Notes: generated by a model not told the origin, from the sequence alone. A stretch of DNA of 64,000 bases from Alphaproteobacteria bacterium (GCA_029248825.1 JAQWIP010000102.1:12847-76846), one strand, 5' to 3'. Positions 18,290 to 27,226 are shown, counted from the stretch's first letter. A program made the numbers and translations.

Positions 18290-18305
18290 TGCAATAAACG
18301 TGCCA
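18290..18305 (-). promoter_or_regulatory. sigma54 (-24/-12) promoter for amtB
   Basis: The minus strand reads TGGCAC-GTTTA-TTGCA, an exact match to the TGGCAC-N5-TTGCA consensus. The -12 element lies ~34 nt upstream of the amtB ATG. Confidence 0.65.
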
Positions 18306-18460
18306 AATGCCTTTCTCGCCCTCTCACCTCGCAAACCTTGCGGGCTTTTGGGTTATTTGCCCTAATTCTAGGCGCCCCTCGGCTGACTGCCCATTATTTA
18401 GGCAGGCGCGGGAGCTATACAGGGCTAGACGACAGCTTGGTTTTTTGGCACTGTCGCGCC

Positions 18461-19810
18461 ATGACATCCCCCGCCCCACCTGTTTCTGGCCCTGCCGCTT
18501 ACTCCCGCGTTTCGACTCTTGAGCGCGTGGATGTGCTTGTGCATGGCGGCGGCAATAGCGCCAAAATAACCGCCCTTTGTTTGGCCGCCGCAGGCTTTGG
18601 TGTCGCCCTTCACGACACGCCTGCGCCCGAATTGCCAGATTGGCAAAGCGTTTTGGCCCTCAGCCCCGCGGCGCGGCGGATGCTCGAAACCCTGGAGATT
18701 TGGCAAACTCTCGACCAGCCCAGCGCGCCGATTACAGACATGCAAGTTTATGCGCGCGCTAGCGATGTCTCGACAGATAACTCAACAGAGACCTCAACAG
18801 AAACGCCTTTGTTCCCCGCCAGTCTCGGCTTTGGCGCGCCCAAAGGCGAGGGCGAAGAGATAGAAATTCTGGCACATATCGTCAGCCTCGCCAGTCTCGG
18901 GCGGGCGCTATCGGGGGCGCTTGAAAGCCAAATTCAAAACGGGCGCATCACCCGACTGGCCACACCCATCGTCGATTTTTCGGCGTCCGAAACCCGCGCC
19001 ACTTTGGCCGATGGCACATACATAAAAACCGAGCTTCTCATCGACACGCAAAAGACGCCCCCCCTTTGGCGACAAAAAGCGGCGGCGCGACCCTTGCGCC
19101 ACGATTATCAAGCGGGGGCTTTGGTTGGCCAATTGCGCCGCGACCGCCCGCACGCCAATTTGGCGCAGCAAATCTTTTTGCCCAGCGGCCCGCTAGCCCT
19201 CTTGCCGGTGCCGAGCGATGGCGCGCAAAACGTTGCCATGGTTTGGTCGTTGCCCAAGGCGCGCGCCGAGGCTTTGGCCAAAGTGGAGCCAGACCTCGTC
19301 GCGCATGAATTGCAAAAAGCGACCGAGGGTCGGCTTGGCGATTTTACGATTGAGGGCGACTTGGCCGTGCAAGATTTGCAATTGCAGCTGGCGGAAAATT
19401 TTGTCGAGGGGCGCATGGTTTTGCTGGGCGATGCCGCCCATGTGGTGCATCCCTTGGCCGGACAGGGGTTTAATTTGACCCTTCGAGACGCCAGTCTTTT
19501 GGCAGATGTTTTATACGAGACGCGCCAGCTCGGCCTCGCTTTTGGAGATGGCGCCATGCTGGCCACCTATGAAACCACCCGCCGCGCCGACGCCAAATTA
19601 ACCGCCGCCGCCACCCATGGGTTGGCCAATTTATTTTCCAGCCCGCTGGCAAAATTAGCCCGCTTGGGAATGGCAATAACCGGACAAAGCGTGTCGCGCG
19701 ATACGCGTTTGCGCGAGCAGATGAACGCTCAAGCCAATAGCGGTTTGAGCGTCACCGAGCAGGGGCTGCCCCTCGCGCGGCTGATGCGCGGCGAACGGTT
19801 TGACGATTAG
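18461..19810 (+). CDS. FAD-dependent ubiquinone-biosynthesis hydroxylase, UbiH/UbiF/VisC/COQ6 family
   Basis: Start trimmed to MTSPAPP (ATG 18461); the ORF-track extension overlaps amtB antisense. DVLVHGGGNSA dinucleotide-binding region and LLGDAAHVVHPLAGQGFNL. Confidence 0.85.
   Translation: MTSPAPPVSGPAAYSRVSTLERVDVLVHGGGNSAKITALCLAAAGFGVALHDTPAPELPDWQSVLALSPAARRMLETLEIWQTLDQPSAPITDMQVYARASDVSTDNSTETSTETPLFPASLGFGAPKGEGEEIEILAHIVSLASLGRALSGALESQIQNGRITRLATPIVDFSASETRATLADGTYIKTELLIDTQKTPPLWRQKAAARPLRHDYQAGALVGQLRRDRPHANLAQQIFLPSGPLALLPVPSDGAQNVAMVWSLPKARAEALAKVEPDLVAHELQKATEGRLGDFTIEGDLAVQDLQLQLAENFVEGRMVLLGDAAHVVHPLAGQGFNLTLRDASLLADVLYETRQLGLAFGDGAMLATYETTRRADAKLTAAATHGLANLFSSPLAKLARLGMAITGQSVSRDTRLREQMNAQANSGLSVTEQGLPLARLMRGERFDD
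18781..18804. repeat. in-frame 12-bp tandem duplication in the UbiH-family gene
   Basis: CTCAACAGAGAC / CTCAACAGAAAC, encoding the STETSTET low-complexity insert. Confidence 0.85.
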
Positions 19811-19816
19811 CAAAAT

Positions 19817-20014
19817 TTATGACGAGAGTTTGCGCGCTTCTTCGGGCAGCATGATGGGAATGCCATCGCGCACGGGAAACGCCAGATTGGCATCTTTTGA
19901 AATCAGCTCATTGGCTTTGGCATCATAAGACAAGGGCCCATGGCTGACCGGACAGACCAGAAGCTCGAGAAGGCTTGGGTCTAAATTGGCTTGCGCTTGG
20001 CTATCATCCTTCAT
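19817..20014 (-). CDS. Trm112-family small zinc-ribbon-like protein
   Basis: 65 aa with [17 protein letters not shown], typical of Trm112/DUF343. Confidence 0.85.
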   Translation of the reverse strand: MKDDSQAQANLDPSLLELLVCPVSHGPLSYDAKANELISKDANLAFPVRDGIPIMLPEEARKLSS

Positions 20015-20045
20015 GGTGTTTCCCCTATCTGGCTTTATCTGGCCG

Positions 20046-20717
20046 TTATTGTACCGAATTATCGTTAGAGCCGCCCGATTGGCTGAGCTGCGCCAGCACC
20101 ATTTCGGTCAGCGCGATTAAAATTTCTGCCCGCTCCCCAAGGGTAACGGCTTCCAACATGGCCTGTTTTTCTTGCGGCCCATAGGGGCTAATAATGCACA
20201 AACTATTGACCAAGGCTTCATTGCCAGAACTTTCAATCGCTTCCCAATCGGCTTGCATGCCGTTTAAATCGAGATAGCGGCGCAACACATCCAACACCCC
20301 ATCGCGATTGACATCAAAGCTGCCCACTTCGGATACCAAATCGCTTTCATAGGGTTTGTAATCGGCTTTGATTTGGCGATAGGGCGTCAGCACATCCAAT
20401 TCTTGCGCCACGCGAAACCGCGTCACGCCCGTCAAAGACACAATGATGCGCCCCTCGTCGGTTTCGCTAAAAGAGGTGATGCGTCCCAAGCAGCCGACTT
20501 GAGCCAAGGGGGGATGGCTGTCATCGTCTTGTGGTTCGAGCGGTTGCAAAATACCGATGAGGCGTCCTTTGCCGAGCGAGTCTTCGAACATCTTTAAATA
20601 GCGCGGCTCGAAAATATTCAGCGGCAATTGTCCGCGCGGCAAAAGCAAGACGCCGTCGAGCGGAAATACCGGCAGGGTTTCCGGCAGCTCATCGGTGGAT
20701 TCGTAAGTTTGTGACAT
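20046..20717 (-). CDS. LON peptidase N-terminal (substrate-binding) domain protein
   Basis: Start trimmed to MSQTYES (ATG 20715-20717). [26 protein letters not shown] is the Lon N-domain signature. Confidence 0.85.
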   Translation of the reverse strand: MSQTYESTDELPETLPVFPLDGVLLLPRGQLPLNIFEPRYLKMFEDSLGKGRLIGILQPLEPQDDDSHPPLAQVGCLGRITSFSETDEGRIIVSLTGVTRFRVAQELDVLTPYRQIKADYKPYESDLVSEVGSFDVNRDGVLDVLRRYLDLNGMQADWEAIESSGNEALVNSLCIISPYGPQEKQAMLEAVTLGERAEILIALTEMVLAQLSQSGGSNDNSVQ

Positions 20718-20762
20718 TGCGTCGGCCTTTCTCGCGCGAGCCTCGCCCGCGCTTTGCATAAA

Positions 20763-21713
20763 TTAGCTAAACAAAATAGACGACAGTCGCCGCCGCGCCG
20801 CAACCACGAAACTTCCTGTGGCGCCATAGGCATCAAATAATTCGACCAATTGCTTGCGCGCGGCCTCTTCGTTCCAAGCCCGATCGAGCGCGATACTATC
20901 CAGCAAACTCTCCAGTGCCAATTCGCGCTGACCCGCCCCATGATAGGCCAAAGCCAACTCAAAGCGCGCCGCATGATCTTTCGCGTCCGCCGCCACTGCC
21001 GCCAGCAAAGGCGCAATCGCCGTTTCCTCGCTCGCATCGCTTGGCTTATCGGCCATTTTAATGGCCAGCGCCAAAGCGGCCCGCGCGGCACTCAGCTCGG
21101 GGTCATTGTCGTGTGCCGCTGCGCCCGAAAGCGCGGCTTGCGCGGCTGCAATTTTTTCCGCCGCCGCTCCGGGCGAGGCCAGATGCGCCTGCGCCAAACC
21201 GGCCATGGCTTTCGCATTTTCCGGCTCTTGTTCCAGCGCCGCGCTATAGCATTCAAGGGCGTCTTCCAGCTGACCCGCCGCCAGACTTTCCGCCGCCGTC
21301 TCTAGCAAGGCTTCGGCCGGCGAGGCGCCCAGCTCGCCATCGAGGTTTTTCTCGATGAATTTTTTCACATCGCTTTCGGGCAGCGCGCCCATAAAGCCAT
21401 CGACGGGCTGGCCGTCTTTGAAAGCAAAAACCGCAGGAATGGATTGCACTTTTAATTGCTGCGCCACTTCCGGGTGCTCATCAATATTCATTTTGGCCAG
21501 TCGTATTTGACCCTCGCCCGCTTCGGCCAGGGTTTCCAATACGGGGGTGAGCTGCTTGCACGGGCCGCACCAAGGCGCCCATAAATCGAGCAGCACCAAT
21601 TGGCTTTGGCTGGCCTCGATGACATCCACCATAAAGCTTTGCGTGGTGACCTCGACAACGGCGCCAGTCGGCTCGCCCTGAACCGGGTTGGCATCTGGTG
21701 TGGCATTATCCAT
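20763..21713 (-). CDS. thioredoxin-domain protein with C-terminal TPR-like domain (YbbN/CnoX-like)
   Basis: Start trimmed to MDNATPD (ATG 21711-21713). WAPWCGPCK active site followed by an Ala-rich helical repeat region. Confidence 0.88.
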   Translation of the reverse strand: MDNATPDANPVQGEPTGAVVEVTTQSFMVDVIEASQSQLVLLDLWAPWCGPCKQLTPVLETLAEAGEGQIRLAKMNIDEHPEVAQQLKVQSIPAVFAFKDGQPVDGFMGALPESDVKKFIEKNLDGELGASPAEALLETAAESLAAGQLEDALECYSAALEQEPENAKAMAGLAQAHLASPGAAAEKIAAAQAALSGAAAHDNDPELSAARAALALAIKMADKPSDASEETAIAPLLAAVAADAKDHAARFELALAYHGAGQRELALESLLDSIALDRAWNEEAARKQLVELFDAYGATGSFVVAARRRLSSILFS

Positions 21714-21887
21714 ATGGCTTCCTATTTTCCCGGCCCCCATGGGGAGCCTGACTTGATGTATATATAGGGTAAAATTTGGTGATAAATAGGGCAAAGCCGA
21801 TAAAAACGCAAAGCGGGAAAAAGCATCTTGTCAAAACCCGTCCATTGGTGCATAACGCCCTCGTCGTGCAAAAGACATTTCTGTGAC

Positions 21888-21962
21888 GCGGGCGTAGCTC
21901 AGGGGTAGAGCACAACCTTGCCAAGGTTGGGGTCGTGAGTTCGAATCTCATCGCCCGCTCCA
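21888..21962 (+). tRNA. tRNA-Gly (anticodon GCC)
   Basis: GCGGGCG acceptor stem pairing with CGCCCGC. D-arm TAGCTCAGGGGTAGAGC. Anticodon loop CTTGCCAAG. T-arm GGTCGTGAGTTCGAATCTCATC. Encoded CCA. Confidence 0.95.
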
Positions 21963-22022
21963 GAAAATCTTCTTGAAAATGAGCTCAAAAAATCAGTGCA
22001 AAATCAGCGCGAGAATACGCCT

Positions 22023-23270
22023 TTAGCGACGATGAATGCTCGCGCGCAAAATGCGCCGTATCGCCAGCCATACCAAAGGCACCGTGACGAACACCAAACT
22101 AGCCCGCAGCATGTTCGGGTCTAGCAACGGGAGGCGGCTCAATAGCCAATCGGCTGGATAGCTCAGCAAGCTCACCAGATAATAAGAAATCGCCACCGTC
22201 GATACGCCCTCGACCGTATGTTGCAGGCGCAATTGACGCGCCGCCGAATTATTTAACGAGGCCAAGAGGTCGGCATTTTGTCGCTGCAAGCCCAGCTCAA
22301 TGCGGGTTTGCAAAAGGGTTGTCATATTACCAATCTGCTTGGCCAAATCTTGGCGGCGGCGCTCGGTCGATTGATAGGTGGCAATGGCGGGCAAGAGGCG
22401 GCGTTCCAAAAATCCACCGACCGTAATGCGATTGTCGTGCGGCGCTTCATTCAGCGAATGCAGCCGCGCTTCCACCAAAGCCCAATAGGCCTCGCAGGCC
22501 GAAAAGCGGAACGAGGTTTTGCGCCAAATCTCGCCCAGCTCGCCGGCCAAGCGGCTAAGCTCCATAAAGCGCGCGCCGTCTTCGCCCTCGTCTTCGTTCA
22601 ACATCATATCGGCTGGCACGCGGTCGGCGATATCGGCGAGGCGCGCTTGCGCTTGGCGCGCGCGGCGCAGGCCAATGGCCGCGAAAGAGCGATAGGTTTC
22701 AATCTCCACCACTTGCAAAGCAATGCGGCCAATGTCGCGGACATCGGCTTGGGAATCGAAATCCAACGCGATTTTCGTATGCCCGTCTTCGGCCACTTTG
22801 AAATCGAAAAATAAATCCGCCAGACCTTTTTCCAACTGGCTGGCGCACGTCCAGCTTTCGCGCGGCTGACCCCGCTTCGCGCAATGGCAATCCACCGCCA
22901 CCACAATATTGGCATCGATTTTAGACAACCAATCTTCGGGCAAATGTTGCGCCGCCGAACCGCCATCGCCTTTTTCGTCGATAATCGTCAGCGAAATAAA
23001 TTCCGTATGGCGCTCGATATTAAATTGAATGTTGTTATGCGTGGCGCGCATCAACCGAGCGGGGGCTTGGGCGTCCCAATCGATTTGCGGCAGCTGGTCG
23101 CAAAGCGCGGCGCGCAAGGAAGCAAAACTATTGGCGCCCGAAAGACACAGGCGAAAAATAGCCGTCGGCAACCCAAAGCGCGGAAACGGGCGCGCGTTTA
23201 ACTCGTCGGTCACCTGATTAAGCCGCCACTCCGATTTATGCATGGGACGCAAAGAACTATCTTGGCTCAT
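22023..23270 (-). CDS. DUF3422-like membrane-anchored protein (unknown function)
   Basis: 415 aa. N-terminal ELNARPFPRF-type motif and two C-terminal TM helices, as I recall for DUF3422. Assignment is from memory. Confidence 0.5.
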   Translation of the reverse strand: MSQDSSLRPMHKSEWRLNQVTDELNARPFPRFGLPTAIFRLCLSGANSFASLRAALCDQLPQIDWDAQAPARLMRATHNNIQFNIERHTEFISLTIIDEKGDGGSAAQHLPEDWLSKIDANIVVAVDCHCAKRGQPRESWTCASQLEKGLADLFFDFKVAEDGHTKIALDFDSQADVRDIGRIALQVVEIETYRSFAAIGLRRARQAQARLADIADRVPADMMLNEDEGEDGARFMELSRLAGELGEIWRKTSFRFSACEAYWALVEARLHSLNEAPHDNRITVGGFLERRLLPAIATYQSTERRRQDLAKQIGNMTTLLQTRIELGLQRQNADLLASLNNSAARQLRLQHTVEGVSTVAISYYLVSLLSYPADWLLSRLPLLDPNMLRASLVFVTVPLVWLAIRRILRASIHRR

Positions 23271-23295
23271 ACTCTCTCACTCAAACTCCAAACAC

Positions 23296-23886
23296 TTACT
23301 TATTGCGCGGCGGCGTCCAATCGGTGGCAGCCAAATGGGTCTCGGCAAAAGCCAAAGGATTGTCTTCTATATCGGTAGCGAGGCCATCATTCCAGCGGTT
23401 CAAAAACCCAAAGGTCGCCACCACGGCGATAATCTCCGCAACTTGAGCCTCGTCGAAATGGGCTTTGGCAGCATCAAAATGCGCTTGCGTCGCTTGGTTG
23501 GGAACACTGGCCGCGCTTTGCGACAACTGCAAGGCGGCGCGCTCGGCATCTGAGAATAACGGGCTGGTTTCATACAACCAAAGCGCTTCGATTTTTTCAC
23601 TCGAGACGCCCCTCGCATGGGCTCCATGCGATGTATGGGCTTGGCAATAATTGCAGCCAGCCGCCGCACTCGCGATATAGGCAATCATCTGGCGAAGGCC
23701 TGGGTCAAGCTGAGATTCTGGCCCTAATACAGCCGCGCTCAGCGCCAGAAAGCCGCGCAAAATCTCTGGCCGATGCGCCATGATTTTAAGCGAATTGGCT
23801 TCAAACCCCATAATCGCTGCGGCAAACGCCAGCTCTTCGCTGACTTCGTCTAACTTGTCTTGGGGGGCATGGGGTAAATGCGCCAT
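23296..23886 (-). CDS. AhpD-like / carboxymuconolactone decarboxylase family peroxidase-related protein
   Basis: 196 aa with a CNYCQAHTSHG (CxxCxxxH) core motif. Confidence 0.8.
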   Translation of the reverse strand: MAHLPHAPQDKLDEVSEELAFAAAIMGFEANSLKIMAHRPEILRGFLALSAAVLGPESQLDPGLRQMIAYIASAAAGCNYCQAHTSHGAHARGVSSEKIEALWLYETSPLFSDAERAALQLSQSAASVPNQATQAHFDAAKAHFDEAQVAEIIAVVATFGFLNRWNDGLATDIEDNPLAFAETHLAATDWTPPRNK

Positions 23887-23913
23887 GGGAACTCCTATGT
23901 ATCCAGTATGTAT

Positions 23914-24402
23914 CTAGCGTTTTTTCAAAGTAACAAAATTAGCCGTCGAGGAGCCTGCGGCCAGCAGTTGCCCCTCGTCATTATATAATTCGCCCTCGAC
24001 AAAGCCGACCGAGCGACCCCGACGCACCACACGTCCGGTAGCATAAAGGCGACCTGGGCGGGCGGGCGCCATCATCGAGACTTTCAACTCGAGCGTGGGG
24101 GAAATTTGTCCCCAATCCAAATTCAGCCCAATGGCAAAAGCCATCGCATCATCCAACATGGCGGCCACATTGCCCCCTTGAATGCCGCCCCATTTATTGC
24201 ACAAAGCATCGGACGCATTAAACGCCATTTCCACCATGCCGCGCTCGCGGTCGACGGCGAGAAGCTCTAGCCCCAAATGCGCCGAGCTGGGCGATGGTTT
24301 ATCCTCGGCGGCTTTGACGTTCGGCGGCCAATCTTGGGCGCTGGTGATAAAGCCATCGCGCGCCGTGCCAAATTCATCGATGTCGATTTTCGTGTGATCC
24401 AT
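23914..24402 (-). CDS. PaaI-family hotdog-fold thioesterase
   Basis: Start trimmed to MDHTKID (ATG 24400-24402). NKWGGIQGGNVAAMLDDAMA and a C-terminal GRVVRRGRSVGFVEGELY pattern. Confidence 0.75.
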   Translation of the reverse strand: MDHTKIDIDEFGTARDGFITSAQDWPPNVKAAEDKPSPSSAHLGLELLAVDRERGMVEMAFNASDALCNKWGGIQGGNVAAMLDDAMAFAIGLNLDWGQISPTLELKVSMMAPARPGRLYATGRVVRRGRSVGFVEGELYNDEGQLLAAGSSTANFVTLKKR

Positions 24403-24495
24403 GATAACTCTCTTAAAGGCTGAAGAATTAAAATAGACAGGCCAAGAGATAAACACAAGTGGCCGACGCAAGCCGCCTTTGCTAAGCTCGCGGCC

Positions 24496-25008
24496 ATGGA
24501 AAAACCGCACCCCAATTCGCCCGTCCCCGCCAACGTCTATCACGCGCCCGCCTGGGTTGTGCCGCCGCAGCATATTTTAAGCTTGGCCGTGCGCGAGCAA
24601 GATATCGACGCCTTTCAACACGTCAATAATGTGGTTTATCTCCACTGGATGGCGCGCAGTGCTTGGGCGCATTCGCAAAGCCTCGGGTTTGATTTCGCCG
24701 CCTATGAAGCCAATGACTGCGGCTTTGTGGTGACCCGCCATGAGATAGAGTATCGCGCCGCCGCTAAGGCCGATGACACAGTTCATATCGCCACTTGGAT
24801 AACTGGCAATGACGCGCGCCTCAAGCTCACCCGCCGGTTTCAAATGATTAGCGAGGCCAGCGGCAAAACCCTCGTGTTCGGCATGAGCCAATTCGCGGCG
24901 ATGAAATTATCCACCGCCAAGGCGTGTCGCATGGCGCCCGCCTATGCCAAAGGCTATCCGCTAGATGCCGCCGCCGTCGATTTTTTTGAAACCAAACCGG
25001 CTTTATAA
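24496..25008 (+). CDS. acyl-CoA thioesterase (4HBT/YbgC-like hotdog)
   Basis: 170 aa. VREQDIDAFQHVNNVVYLHWM is the catalytic-region pattern of YbgC/4HBT thioesterases. Confidence 0.8.
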   Translation: MEKPHPNSPVPANVYHAPAWVVPPQHILSLAVREQDIDAFQHVNNVVYLHWMARSAWAHSQSLGFDFAAYEANDCGFVVTRHEIEYRAAAKADDTVHIATWITGNDARLKLTRRFQMISEASGKTLVFGMSQFAAMKLSTAKACRMAPAYAKGYPLDAAAVDFFETKPAL

Positions 25009-25692
25009 TTGCAAACAATAGCCGCCCTCGACGGTGCGCAAAATTTGCGCATCCGACGGGTCGGTTTCGATTTTTTGGCGCAAGCGATAAATATGGGTCT
25101 CTAGCGTATGCGTCGAGACTTGCGCGTTATAGCCCCAAACATCGTGCAGCAAAACATCGCGCGCAACAGCTGCCCCTTTGGCACGGTGGAGAAATTTCAA
25201 AATATTGGTTTCTTTTTCCGTGAGGCGAATTTTCTCGCCGCCATCGCGCACTTCCAAGGTTTTCACCGCGGCGCGCAAATCATAAGGGCCAATCGCGAGA
25301 ACCGCGTTTTCCGAATTTTGTTGGCTGCGCAAATGCGCCCGCATCCGCGCCAGCAAAATGCCGAAGCGAAACGGTTTGGTGATGTAATCATTGGCACCCG
25401 CATCGAGGCCTAAAATCGTATCGGCATCTGTGGCCGCGCCCGTCAGCATAACGATGGGCGTGCTGACCCCTTTTTGACGCATAATCTTGCACGTCTCGCG
25501 GCCATCTTGGTCGGGCAGGCCGACATCCAGCAGAATTAAATCAAAACTATTGGGTTCGCTCGCCGCTATGGCTTGCTTGGCGGTTTCGACGCGGGTCAGC
25601 GCAAATTCGGCGTGCAAACTCAATTGCTCGCCCAACGCCTCGGCGAGCGTATCATCATCTTCGACGAGTAAAATGCGATGCGTGGCAGACAT
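25003..25692 (-). CDS. OmpR-family response regulator (orphan; possibly CenR-like)
   Basis: Start trimmed to MSATHRILLVEDDD (ATG 25690-25692). DLILLDVGLPDQDG phospho-acceptor region, KPFRF, and winged helix RLTEKETNILKFL...HIYRLRQKIE. No histidine kinase gene is adjacent. Confidence 0.9.
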   Translation of the reverse strand: MSATHRILLVEDDDTLAEALGEQLSLHAEFALTRVETAKQAIAASEPNSFDLILLDVGLPDQDGRETCKIMRQKGVSTPIVMLTGAATDADTILGLDAGANDYITKPFRFGILLARMRAHLRSQQNSENAVLAIGPYDLRAAVKTLEVRDGGEKIRLTEKETNILKFLHRAKGAAVARDVLLHDVWGYNAQVSTHTLETHIYRLRQKIETDPSDAQILRTVEGGYCLQL

Positions 25693-25754
25693 GGGGGACG
25701 TCTTTCTTTTCCAGTCGCGGCAGACAACTCGCCACGAAACCTTAATGTGCCTAA

Positions 25755-25792
25755 TTTCGCAAGCCACCGCAAGTTGGCTTTCACTTGCGAAA
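25755..25792. promoter_or_regulatory. hexamer repeat cluster in the divergent regulator / L,D-transpeptidase promoter region
   Basis: CGCAAG at 25758-25763 and 25768-25773 (direct repeats, 10-bp period), plus inverted CTTGCG at 25784-25789. The outer 9-bp inverted repeat is TTTCGCAAG (25755-25763) / CTTGCGAAA (25784-25792). Confidence 0.4.
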
Positions 25793-25820
25793 AGCACCGA
25801 ATTTCGTCAGCTTAGGGGCA

Positions 25821-26351
25821 ATGTTTAAACAAATGATTAACGTGACGCAGCGCCAAGGCGCAAAGGCGATGGGAGAGCTGAGCTTTGGCCCGCATCGGGC
25901 GATGTGCGCTTTGGGCGCAAGGGGCTTTGCGTCCAAAAAAACCGAAGGCGATCGGAAAACCCCCATCGGCCAATTTGAATTGCGCCGCCTTTGGCTACGC
26001 CCCGACCGCGTTTCTATCCCCCAAACACGGTTTCCCATTCACTTTATTTCCCAAAAAAGCGGCTGGTGCGATGCCCCCGACAGTGTATTTTACAATCGCC
26101 CTATCGAGCGACCCTTTGGCGCCTCTCACGAGATATTATGGCGTCGCGACGGGCTATATGATGTATTTTTTGAACTTGGCTATAATGATGTGCGTCCCGA
26201 GGCTGGAAAAGGCAGTGCTATTTTCCTGCATTTGCAGAAAAACAACTTTAATCCAACCCTCGGCTGTGTGGCGGTGAGCTGGCGCAGTATGAATTTCATC
26301 TTGCAGCACGCCAAACCGGGGTGCCGCGTGACCCTCGGCAAAAACCGCTAA
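25821..26351 (+). CDS. L,D-transpeptidase (YkuD) catalytic-domain family protein
   Basis: GSAIFLHL...NPTLGCVAV matches the H...(S/T)xGC active-site pattern. Start is uncertain (TTG 25785, ATG 25821, 25833 or 25869). Confidence 0.7.
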   Translation: MFKQMINVTQRQGAKAMGELSFGPHRAMCALGARGFASKKTEGDRKTPIGQFELRRLWLRPDRVSIPQTRFPIHFISQKSGWCDAPDSVFYNRPIERPFGASHEILWRRDGLYDVFFELGYNDVRPEAGKGSAIFLHLQKNNFNPTLGCVAVSWRSMNFILQHAKPGCRVTLGKNR

Positions 26352-26370
26352 CCAGCCGCTTATTTGCGAA

Positions 26371-27066
26371 TTATACCGTGTCGCGCGCGCCAAAAAGCGA
26401 CGTGCCAACCCGCACATGGGTCGCGCCGCAGGCGATGGCCGTGGCAAAATCATTCGACATGCCCATCGACACATTCGCCAAGCCAAATTGCGCGGCACGC
26501 TCGGCCAAAAGCTCAAAATGGCGCGCTGCTGGCTCATCGACGGGCGGAATGGCCATTAAACCATCTATCGTTAGGCCGAGTTGCGTGCAATAGGCGTGAA
26601 ATTCGGGCAAATCTTGCGGTAATACACCCGATTTTTGCGGTTCTGCGCCCGTATTGACCTGAATATAGAGCTTTGGAAAGTCCGCCGCGTCTTTAAGCGC
26701 CGCCAAAGCGCGGGCTAATTTTTCGCGGTCTAACGTCTGAATGACATCAAACACCTCCACCGCTTGTTTTACTTTATTTCTTTGCAAAGGGCCGACAAGA
26801 TGCAGCTCGAGATCGGCGCGACCGGCGCGCAAATCTGGCCATTTCTCGGCCGCTTCCTGCACGCGGTTTTCACCAAAATGGCGCACGCCCAAATTCAAGA
26901 AAACCTCAATCAGCGCAGCCGGTTTGGTTTTGGAAATAGCCAAAAGCGTCACCTCAGAGGGCGCGCGTCCCGCCGCAAGCGCGGCCGCCTCTATCTCGGA
27001 CTGCACCTCGCGCAAGCGCTTTTCGCATAGCGGTTCATGGATTTTTTCGGCGCCAAGGTTTTTCAT
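26371..27066 (-). CDS. yggS: YggS-family pyridoxal-phosphate homeostasis protein
   Basis: Start trimmed to MKNLGAE (ATG 27064-27066). LLAISKTKP, HFGENRVQE, SMGMSNDF, RVGTSLFG. Confidence 0.9.
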   Translation of the reverse strand: MKNLGAEKIHEPLCEKRLREVQSEIEAAALAAGRAPSEVTLLAISKTKPAALIEVFLNLGVRHFGENRVQEAAEKWPDLRAGRADLELHLVGPLQRNKVKQAVEVFDVIQTLDREKLARALAALKDAADFPKLYIQVNTGAEPQKSGVLPQDLPEFHAYCTQLGLTIDGLMAIPPVDEPAARHFELLAERAAQFGLANVSMGMSNDFATAIACGATHVRVGTSLFGARDTV

Positions 27067-27226
27067 GAAACGGGTCTCTTTATGTCTAATCGTCAAAAGG
27101 CGCATCGTGTCTTGCCAGTTGGCGGCGAAGCGGCGAAGCTAGCGCAGAAGACAAAGCCTATTCTGGCAAACTAGCGTTTGCCCGCGCGGGTGACAAGTCT
27201 AACCACATCAGCCAAGGAGCCTTCCC

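Noticed and set aside
18446-18451. TGGCAC just upstream of the UbiH-family start codon
   Set aside because: The -12 position reads CGCC rather than TTGC, and the element would sit only ~10 nt from the ATG. It is not a plausible sigma54 promoter.
17987-18460. 158-codon upstream extension of the UbiH-family ORF
   Set aside because: It runs antisense through the amtB 5' region and the intergenic sigma54 promoter. The flavoprotein dinucleotide-binding motif follows shortly after the ATG at 18461.
21706-21951. 81-aa minus-strand ORF (MRFELTTPTLARL...)
   Set aside because: It is the antisense translation of tRNA-Gly and its upstream region, a common artefact.
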